From contig OZ024744.1 of the NCBI GenBank assembly GCA_964016885.1, positions 119,784,001-119,848,000 on the forward strand: a stretch of DNA of 64,000 nt, written 5' to 3'. A program made the position numbers and the translations under genes. Positions 1-11,300 of this stretch are shown here, piece after piece. Origin of the DNA: Eledone cirrhosa. Its lineage: Eukaryota. Every line of letters starts with the position of its first letter. Position 1 is the first letter of the stretch. The notes under the pieces were generated by a model that made no database searches, was not told where the DNA came from, and saw only the letters and a program-made list of their open reading frames with translations.

Positions 1-3000
1 CCACATGTCATAGTGTCAGAGCTGTGATCTCTCAATTCAGAGATTCTTTCCTGAGACATTCTAACCACATGTCATAGTATTAGAGCTGTGATATCTCAAT
101 TCAGAGATTCTTTCCTGAGACATTCTAACCACATGTCATAGGATCAGAGATGTGATCTCTCAATTCAGAGATTCTTTCCTGAGATATTCAAACCACATGT
201 CATAGTATCAGAGCTGTGATCTCTCAATTCAGAGATTCGTTCCTGAGACATTCTAACCACATGTCATAGTATTAGAGCTGCGATCTCTCAATTCAGAGAT
301 TCTTTCCTGAGACATTCTAACCACATGTCATATTATTAGAGCTGTGATCTCTCAATTCAGATATTCTTTCCTGAGACATTCTTACCACATGTCATAGTAT
401 CAGAGCTGTGATCTCTCAATTTAGAGATTCTTTCCTGGGATATTCTAAACACATGTCATAGTATCAGAGCTGTGATCTCTCAATTCAGAGATTCTTTCCT
501 GGGATATTCTTACCACATGTCATAATATCAGAGCTGTAATCTCTCAATTCACATATTCTTTCCTGAGACATTCTAACCACATGTCAGAGGATCAGATTTG
601 TGATCTCTCAATTCAGAGATTCTTTCCTGAGATATTCTAACCACATGTCATAGTATCAGAGCTGTGATCTCTCAATTCAGAGATTCTTTCCTGAGACATT
701 CAACCACATGTCATAGTATCAGAGCTGTGATCTCTCAATTCAGAGATTCGTTCCTGAGACATTTTAACCACATGTCATACTATCAGAGCTGTGATATCTC
801 AATTCAGAGATTCTTTCCTGATATATTCTAACCACATGTCATAGTATCAGAGCTGTGATCTCTCAATTCAGAGATTCTTTCCTGAGAACATCTAACCACA
901 TGTCTGTAGTATCAGAGCTGTGATCTCTCAATTCAGAGATTCTTTCCTGAGACATTCTAACCACATGTCATAGTATCAAAGCTGTGATCTCTCAATTCAG
1001 ATATTCTTTCCTGAGACATTCTAACCACATGTCATATTATTAAAGCTGTGATCTCTCAATTCAGAGATTCTTTCCTGAGAAATTCTAACCTTATGTCTGT
1101 AGTATCAGAGATGTGATCTCTCAATTCAGAGATTCTTTCCTGAGACATTCTAACCTTATGTCTGTAGTATCAGCGCTGTGATCTCTCAATTTAGGGATTC
1201 TTTCCTGAGACATTCTAACCACATGTCATAGTATCAGAGCTGTGATATCTCAATTCAGAGATTCTTTCCTGAGACATTCTAACCACATGTCATATTATTA
1301 GAGCTGTGATCTCTCAATTCAGATATTCTTTCCTGAGACATTCTTACCACATGTCATAGTATCAGAGCTGTGATCTCTCAATTTAGAGATTCTTTCCTGA
1401 GATATTCTAACCACATGTCATAGTATCAGAGCTGTGATCTCTCGATTCAGAGATTCTTTCCTGGGATATTCTTACCACATGTCATAATATCAGAGCTGTG
1501 ATCTATCAATTCACATATTCTTTCCTGAGACATTCTAACCACATGTCAGAGGATCAGATTTGTGATCTCTCAATTCAGAGATTCTTTCCTGAGGTATTCT
1601 AACCACATGTCATAGTATCAGAGCTGTGATCTCTCAATTCAGAGATTCTTTCCTGAGACATTCTAACCCCATGTCATAGTATCAGAGCTGTGATCTCTCA
1701 ATTCAGAGATTCTTTCCTGAGACATTCTAACTCCATGTCCACAGTATCAGAGCTGTGATCTCTCAATTTAGAGATTCTTTCCTGAGATATTCTAACCACA
1801 TGTCATAGTATTAGAGATGTGATCTCTCAATTCAGAGATTCTTTCCTGAGACATTCTAACCACATGTCTGTAGTATCAGAGCTGTATGCTCTCAATTCAG
1901 AGATTCTTTCCTGAGATATTCTAACCACATGTCTGTAGTATCAGAGCTGTGATCTTTCAATTCAGAGATTCTTTCCTGAGACATTCTAACCACATGTCAT
2001 AGTATCAGAGCTGTGATCTCTCAATTCAGAGATTCTTTCCTGGGATATTCTAACCACATGTCATAGTATCAGAGCTGTGATCTCTCAATTCAGAGATTCT
2101 TTACTGAGATATTGTAACCACATGTCATAGTATCAGAGCTGTGATGTCTCAATTCAGAGATTCTTTCCTGGGATATTCGAACCACATGTCATAGTATCAG
2201 AGCTGTGATCTCTCAATTCAGAGATTCTATCCTGAGACATTCTAACCACATGTCATAGTATCAGAGCTGTGATCTCTCAATTTAGAGATTCTTTCATGAG
2301 ATATTCTAACCACATGTCATAGTATCAGAGCTGTGATCTCTCAGTTCAGAGATTCTTTCCTGAGACATTCTAACCACGTCATATTATCAGAGCTGTGATA
2401 TTTCAATTCAGAGATTCTTTCCTGAGACATTCTAACCACATGTCATAGTATCAGAGCTGTCATCTCTCAATTCAGAGATTCTTTCCTGAGACATTCTAAC
2501 CACATGTCATAGTATCAGAGCTGTGATCTCTCAATTCAGAGATTCTTTCATGAGATATTCTAACCACATGTCATAGTATCAGAACTGTGATCTCTCAATT
2601 CAGAGATTCTTTTCTGGGATATTCTAACCACATGTCATATTATCAGAGCTATGATCTCTCAATTCAGATATTCTTTCCTGAGACATTCTAACCACATGTC
2701 ATAGGATCAGAGTTGTGATCTCTCAATTCAGAGATTCTTTCCTGAGATATTCTAACCACATGTCATAGTATCAGAACTGTGATCTCTCAATTCAGAGATT
2801 TTTCCTGAGACATTCTAACCACATGTCATAGTATTAGAGCTGTGATCTCTCAATTCAGAGATTCATTCCTGAGACATTCTAACCACATGTCATAGTATCA
2901 GATCTGTGATCTCTCAATTCAGAGACTCTTTCCTGAGAACATCTAACCACATGTCTGTAGTATCAGAGCTGTGATCACTCAATTCAGAGATTCTTTCCTG

Positions 3001-5579
3001 AGACATTCTAACCACATGTCATATTATTAGAGCTGTGATTTCTCAATTCAGATATTCTTTCCTGAGACATTCTAACCACATGTCATAGTATCAGAGCTGT
3101 GATATCTCCATACAGAGATTCTTTCCTGATATATTCTAACCACATGTCATAGTATCAGAGCTGTGATATCTCAATTCAGAGATTCTTTCCTGAGATATTC
3201 TAAACACATGTCATAGTATCAGAGCTGTGATCTCTCAATTCAGAGATTCTTTTCTGAGACATTCTAACCACATGTCATAGTATCAGAGCTGTGATCTCTC
3301 AATTCAGAGATTCTTTCCTGAGACATTCTAACCACATGTCATAGTATCAGAGTTGTGATCTCTCAATTCAGAGATTCTTTCCTGAGACATTCTAACCACG
3401 TCATAGTATCAGAGATATTCTTAATAGTGATCTCTCAATTCAGAGATTCTTTCCTGAGACATTCTAACACCCGTGTCCACAGTATCGGAGCTGTGATCTC
3501 TCAATTTAGAGATTCTTTCCTGAGACATTCTAACCACATGTCATAGTATCAGAGCTGTGATATCTCACTTCAGAGATTCTTTCCTGAGATATTCTAACCA
3601 CATGTCATAGTATCAGAGCTGTGATCTCTCAATTCAGAGATTCTTTCCTAAGATATTCTAACCACATGTCTGTAGTATCAGAGCTGTGATCTTTCAATTC
3701 AGAGATTCTTTCCTGAGACATTCTAACCACATGTCACAGTATCAGAGCTGTGATCTCTCAATTCAGAGATTCTTTCCTGGGATATTCTAACCACATGTCA
3801 TAGTATCAGATCTGTGATCTCTCAATTAAGAGATTCTTTACTGAGATATTGTAACCACATGTCATAGTATCAGAGCTGTGATCTCTCAATTCAAAGATTC
3901 TTTCCTGAGACATTCTAACCATATGTCATAGTATCAGAGCTGTGATCTCTCAATTTAGAGATTCTTTCATGAGATATTCTAACCACATGTCATAGTATCA
4001 GAGCTGTGATCTCTCAGTTCAGAGATTCTTTCCTGAGACATTCTAACCACGTCATATTATCAGAGCTGTGATATCTCAATTCAGAGATTCTTTCATGAGA
4101 TATTCTAACCACATGTCATAGTATCAGAGCTGTGATCTCTCAGTTCAGAGATTCTTTCCTGAGACATTCTAACCACGTCATATTATCAGAGCTGTGATAT
4201 TTCAATTCAGAGATTCTTTCCTGAGACATTCTAACCACATGTCATATTATCAGAGCTGTAATCTCTCAATTTAGATATTCTTTCCTGATATATTCTAACC
4301 TCATGTCATAGTATCAGAGCTGTGATCTCTCAATTCAGAGATTCTTTCTTGAGACATTCTAACTCCATGTCCACAGTATCAGAGCTGTGAACTCTCAATT
4401 CAGAGATTCTTTCCTGAGACATTCTAACCACATGTCATTTTATCAGTGCTGTGATCTCTCAATTCAGAGATTCTTTCCTGAGACATTCTATCCACATGTC
4501 ATATTATCAGATCTGTGATCTCTCAATTCAGAGATTCTTTCCTGAGATATTCTAACCACATGTCATAGTATCAGAGCTGTCATCTCTCAATTCAGAGATT
4601 CTTTCCTGAGACATTCTAACCACATGTCATAGTATCAGAGCTGTGATCTCTCAATTCAGAGATTCTTTCATGAGAAATTCTAACGACATGTCATAGTATC
4701 AGAACTGTGATCTCTCAATTCAGAGATTCTTTTCTGGGATATTCTAACCACATGTCATATTATCAGAGCTATGATCTCTCAATTCAGATATTCTTTCCTG
4801 AGACATTCTAACCACATGTCATAGGATCAGAGTTGTGATCTCTCAATTCAGAGATTCTTTCCTGAGATATTCTAACCACATGTCATAGTATCAGAACTGT
4901 GATCTCTCAATTCAGAGATTTTTCCTGAGACATTCTAACCACATGTCATAGTATCAGAGCTGTGATCTCTCAATTCAGAGATTCTTTCCTGGGATATTCT
5001 TACCAGATGTCATAATATCAGAGCTGTGATCTCTCAATTCACATATTCTTTCCTGAGACATTCTAACCACATGTCATAGTATCAGATCTGTGATCTCTCA
5101 ATTCAGAGATTCTTTCCTGAGAACATCTAACCACATGTCTGTAGTATCAGAGCTGTGATCACTCAATTCAGAGATTCTTTCCTGAGACATTCTAACCACA
5201 TGTCATATTATTAGATCTGTGATTTCTCAATTCAGATATTCTTTCCTGAGACATTCTAACCACATGTCATAGTATCAGAGCTGTGATATCTCCATACAGA
5301 GATTCTTTCCTGATATATTCTAACCACATGTCATAGTATCAGAGCTGTGATATCTCAATTCAGAGATTCTTTCCTGAGATATTCTAAACACATGTCATAG
5401 TATCAGAGCTGTGATCTCTCAATTCAGAGATTCTTTTCTGAGACATTCTAACCACATGTCATAGTATCAGAGCTGTGATCTCTCAATTCAGAGATTCTTT
5501 CCTGAGACATTCTAACCACATGTCATAGTATCAGAGTTGTGATCTCTCAATTCAGAGATTCTTTCCTGAGACATTCTAA

Positions 5580-5647
5580 CCACATGTATCAGAGATATTC
5601 TTAATAGTGATCTCTCAATTCAGAGATTCTTTCCTGAGACATTCTAA
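5580..5647 (+). repeat. Representative 68-bp variant monomer (6-bp deletion plus CT replaced by ATATTCTTAATA), a landmark of the higher-order structure
   Basis: The sequence ccacatgtatcagagatattcttaatagtgatct recurs near 8660, 11550, 18600, 20460, 25710, 29110, 31350, 33730, 36170, 38470, 41870, 46020, 49980, 54470, 58000 and 61710. Confidence 0.93.
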
Positions 5648-8360
5648 CTCTGTGTCCACAGTATCAGAGCTGTGATCTCTCAATTTAGGGATTGATTCCT
5701 GAGACATTCTAACCACATGTCATAGTATCAGAGCTGTGATATCTCAATTCAGAGACTCTTTCCTGAGATATTCTAACCACATGTCATAGTATCAGAGCTG
5801 TGATCTCTCAATTCAGAGATTCTTTCCTGAGATATTCTAATCACATGTCTGTAATATCAGAGCTGTATGCTCTCAATTCAGAGATTCTTTCCTGAGACAT
5901 TCTAACCACATGTCATAGTATCAGAGCTGTGATCTCTCAATTCAGATATTCTTTCCTGAGATATTCTAGCCACATGTCATAGGATCAGGGTTGTGATCTC
6001 TCAATTCAGAGATTCTTTCCTGAGATATTCTAACCACATGTCATAGTATCAGAGCTGTGATCTCTCAATTCAGAGATTCTTTCCTAAGATATTCTAACCA
6101 CATGTCTGTAGTATCAGAGCTGTGATCTTTCAATTCAGAGATTCTTTCCTGACACATTCTAACCACATGTCACAGTATCAGAGCTGTGATCTCTCAATTC
6201 AGAGATTCTTTCCTGGGATATTCTAACCACATGTCATAGTATCAGATCTGTGATCTCTCAATTCAGAGATTCTTTACTGAGATATTGTAACCACATGTCA
6301 TAGTATCAGATCTGTGATCTCTCAATTCAAAGATTCTTTCCTGGGATATTCGAACCACATGTCATAGTATCAGAGCTGTGATCTCTCAATTCAGAGATTC
6401 TATCCTGAGACATTCTAACCACATGTCATAGTATCAGAGCTGTGATCTCTCAATTTAGAGATTCTTTCATGAGATATTCTAACCACATGTCATAGTATCA
6501 GAGCTGTGATCTCTCAGTTCAGAGATTCTTTCCTGAGACATTCTAACCACGTCATATTATCAGAGCTGTGATATCTCAATTCAGAGATTCTTTCCTGAGA
6601 CATTCTAACCACATGTCATAGTATCAGGGCTGTAATCTCTCAATTTAGATATTCTTTCCTGATATATTCTAACCTCATGTCATAGTATCAGAGCTGTGAT
6701 CTCTCAATTCAGAGATTCTTTCTTGAGACATTCTAACTCCATGTCCACAGTATCAGAGCTGTGAACTCTCAATTCAGAGATTCTTTCCTGAGACATTCTA
6801 ACCACATGTCATTTTATCAGAGCTGTGATCTCTCAATTCAGAGATTCTTTCCTGAGACATTCTAACCACATGTCATAGTATCAGATCTGTGATCTCTCAA
6901 TTCAGAGATTCTTTCCTGAGATATTCTAACCACATGTCAGATTAGCAGAGCTGTCATCTCTCAATTCAGAGATTCTTTCCTGAGACATTCTAACCACATG
7001 TCATAGTATCAGAGCTGTGATCTCTTAATTTAGAGATTCTTTCATGAGATATTCTAACCACATGTCATAGTATCAGAGCTGTGATCTCTCAATTCAGAGA
7101 TTTTTCCTGAGACATTCTAACCACATGTCATAGTATTAGAGCTGTGATCTCTCAATTCAGAGATTCTTTCCTGAGACATTCTAACCACATGTCATAGTAT
7201 CAGAACTGTGATCTCTCAATTCAGAGATTCATTCCTGAGACATTCTAACCACATGTCATAGTATCAGATCTGTGATATCTCGATTGAGAGATTCTTTCCT
7301 GAGACATTCTAACCACATGTCATAGTATCAGAACTGTGATCTCTCAATTCAGAGATTCTTTCCTGAGACATTCTAACCACATGTCATAGTATCAGAGCTG
7401 TGATATCTCAATTGAGAGATTCTTTCCTGAGACATTCTAACCACATGTCATAGGATCAGAGTTGTGATCTCTCAATTCAGAGATTCTTTCCTGGGATATT
7501 CTAACCACATGTCATAGTATCAGATCTGAGATCTCTCAATTCAGAGATTCTTTCCTGAGATATTCTAACCACATGTCATAGTGTCAGAGCTGTGATCTCT
7601 CAATTCAGAGATTCTTTCCTGAGACATTCTAACCACATGTCATAGTATTAGAGCTGTGATATCTCAATTCAGAGATTCTTTCCTGAGAAATTCTAACCTT
7701 ATGTCTGTAGTATCAGAGCTGTGATCTCTCAATTCAGAGATTCTTTCCTAAGATATTCTAACCACATGTCATAGTATCAGAGCTGTGATCTCTCAATTCA
7801 GAGATTCTTTCCTGGGATATTCTAACCACATGTCATAGTATCAGGGCTGTGATCTCTCAATTCAGAGATTCTTTCCTGAGACATTCTAACCACATGTCAT
7901 AGGATCAGAGATGTGATCTCTCAATTCAGAGATTCTTTCCTGAGATATTCAAACCACATGTCATAGTATCAGAGCTGTGATCTCTCAATTCAGAGATTCT
8001 TTCCTGAGACATTCTAACCACATGTCATAGTATTAGAGCTGCGATCTCTCAATTCAGAGATTCTTTCCTGAGACATTCTTACCACATGTCATATTATTAG
8101 AGCTGTGATCTCTCAATTCAGATATTCTTTCCTGAGACATTCTTACCACATGTCATAGTATCAGAGCTGTGATCTCTCAATTTAGAGATTCTTTCCTGGG
8201 ATATTCTAAACACATGTCATATTATCAGAGCTGTGATCTCTCAATTCAGAGATTCTTTCCTGGGATATTCTTACCACATGTCATAATATCAGAGCTGTAA
8301 TCTCTCAATTCACATATTCTTTCCTGAGACATTCTAACCACATGTCAGAGGATCAGATTT

Positions 8361-11300
8361 GTGATCTCTCAATTCAGAGATTCTTTCCTGAGATATTCTA
8401 ACCACATGTCATAGTATCAGAGCTGTGATCTCTCAATTCAGAGATTCTTTCCTGAGACATTCTAACCACATGTCATAGTATCAGAGCTGTGATCTCTCAA
8501 TTCAGAGATTCTTTCCTGAGACATTTTAACCACATGTCATACTATCAGAGCTGTGATATCTCAATTCAGAGATTCTTTCCTGAATTATTCTAACCACATG
8601 TCATAGTATCAGAGCTGTGATCTCTCAATTCAGAGATTCTTTCCTGAGACATTCTAACCACATGTATCAGAGATATTCTTAATAGTGATCTCTCAATTCA
8701 GAGATTCTTTCCTGAGACATTCTAACCATATGTCTGTAGTATCAGAGCTGTATGCTCTCAATTCAGAGATTCTTTCCTGAGACATTCTAACCACATGTCA
8801 TAGTAGCGGAGCTGTGATATCTCAATTCAGAGATTCTTTCCTGAGATATTCTAACCACATGTCATAGTATCAGAGCTGTGATCTCTCAATTCAGATATTC
8901 TTTCCTGAGACATTCTAGCCACATGTCATACTATCAGAGCTGTGATATCTCAATTCAGAGATTCTTTCCTGAGATATTCTAACCACATGTCATAGTATCA
9001 GAGCTGTGATCTCCCAATTCAGAGATTCTTTCCTAAGATATTCTAACCACATGTCTGTAGTATCAGAGCTGTGATCTCTCAATTCAGAGATTCTTTCCTG
9101 AGACATTCTAACCACATGTCACAGTATCAGAGCTGTGATCTCTAAATTCAGAGATTCTTTCCTGGGATATTCTAACCACATGTCATAGTATCAGAGCTGT
9201 GATCTCTCAATTCAGAGATTCTTTACTGAGATATTGTAACCACATGTCATAGTATCAGAGCTGTGATCTCTCAATTCAGAGATTCTTTCCTGGGATATTC
9301 GAACCACATGTCATAGTATCAGAGCTGTGATCTCTCAATTCAGAGATTCTATCCTGAGACATTCTAACCACATGTCATAGTATCAGAGCTGTGATCTCTC
9401 AATTCAGAGATTCTTTCCTGAGACATTCTAACCACATGTCATAGTATCAGATCTGTGATCTCTCAATTTAGAGATTCTTTCATGAGATATTCTAACAACA
9501 TGTCATAGTATCAGAGCTGTGAACTCTCAATTCAGAGATTCTTTCCTGAGACATTCTAACCACATGTCAATGTATCAGAGCTGTGATCTCTCAATTCAGA
9601 TATTCTTTCCTGAGACATTCTAACCACATGTCATAGTAGCGGAGCTGTGATATCTCAATTCAGAGATTCTTTCCTGAGATATTCTAACCACATGTCTGTA
9701 GTATCAGAGCTGTGATCTTTCAATTCAGAGATTCTTTCCTGAGACATTCTAACCACATGTCACAGTATCAGAGCTGTGATCTCTAAATTCAGAGATTCTT
9801 TCCTGGGATATTCTAACCACATGTCATAGTATCAGAGCTGTGATCTCTCAATTCAGAGATTCTTTACTGAGATATTGTAACCACATGTCATAGTATCAGA
9901 GCTGTGATCTCTCAATTCAGAGATTCTTTCCTGGGATATTCGAACCACATGTCATAGTATCAGAGCTGTGATCTCTCAATTCAGAGATTCTATCCTGAGA
10001 CATTCTAACCACATGTCATAGTATCAGAGCTGTGATCTCTCAATTCAGAGATTCTTTCCTGAGACATTCTAACCACATGTCATAGTATCAGATCTGTGAT
10101 TTCTCAATTTAAAGATTCTTTCATGAGATATTCTAACAACATGTCATAGTATCAGAGCTGTGATCTCTCAGTTCAGAGATTCTTTCCTGAGACATTCTAA
10201 CCACGTCATAGTATCAGAGCTGTGATATCTCAATTCAGAGATTCTTTCCTGAGACATTCTAACCACATGTCATAGTATCAGAGCTGTAATCTCTCAATTT
10301 AGATATTATTTCCTGATATATTCTAATCTCATGTCATAGTATGAGAGCTGTGATCTCTCAATTCAGAGATTCTTTCTTGAGACATTCTAACTCCATGTCC
10401 ACAGTATCAGAGCTGTGAACTCTCAATTCAGAGATTCTTTCCTGAGACATTCTAACCACATGTCAATGTATCAGAGCTGTGATCTCTCAATTCAGATATT
10501 CTTTCCTGAGACATTCTAACCACATGTCATAGTAGCGGAGCTGTGATATCTCAATTCAGAGATTCTTTCCTGAGATATTCTAACCACATGTCTGTAGTAT
10601 CAGAGCTGTGATCTTTCAATTCAGAGATTCTTTCCTGAGACATTCTAACCACATGTCACAGTATCAGAGCTGTGATCTCTAAATTCAGAGATTCTTTCCT
10701 GGGATATTCTAACCACATGTCATAGTATCAGAGCTGTGATCTCTCAATTCAGAGATTCTTTACTGAGATATTGTAACCACATGTCATAGTATCAGAGCTG
10801 TGATCTCTCAATTCAGAGATTCTTTCCTGGGATATTCGAACCACATGTCATAGTATCAGAGCTGTGATCTCTCAATTCAGAGATTCTATCCTGAGACATT
10901 CTAACCACATGTCATAGTATCAGAGCTGTGATCTCTCAATTCAGAGATTCTTTCCTGAGACATTCTAACCACATGTCATAGTATCAGATCTGTGATCTCT
11001 CAATTTAGAGATTCTTTCATGAGATATTCTAACAACATGTCATAGTATCAGAGCTGTGATCTCTCAGTTCAGAGATTCTTTCCTGAGACATTCTAACCAT
11101 ATGTCTGTAGTATCAGAGCTGTATGCTCTCAATTCAGAGATTCTTTCCTGAGACATTCTAACCACATGTCATAGTAGCGGAGCTGTGATATCTCAATTCA
11201 GAGATTCTTTCCTGAGACATTCTAACCACATGTCATAGTATCAGAGCTGTGATCTCTCAATTCAGAGATTCTTTCCTGAGATATTCTAACCACATGTCAT

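Noticed and set aside
3268-3277. CACATG E-box or p53-like CATG half-site in every monomer
   Set aside because: A 6-bp motif is expected by chance in some form, and CCACATGTCA misses 3 of 10 positions of RRRCWWGYYY. Function cannot be supported from sequence alone.
3268-3331. Monomer built from three ancestral 21-bp subunits (TCAGAG at monomer positions 16 and 37; GAGATTCT versus GAGACATTCT)
   Set aside because: Only short motifs are shared and the third segment does not align, which is too weak to claim without a statistical test.
3355-3546. 63-aa ORF (MISQFRDSFLRHSNH...) as a real CDS
   Set aside because: It starts at GTG and is simply the satellite translated across two monomers whose lengths (72 and 66 bp) happen to keep frame. 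In normal monomers this frame stops at TAG. There is no recognisable domain or expression signal.
5590-5610. Insertion in the 68-bp monomer as a transposon footprint or MITE
   Set aside because: It is only about 12 bp long, with no terminal inverted repeats or clear target-site duplication, and is better explained by the monomer's own sequence.
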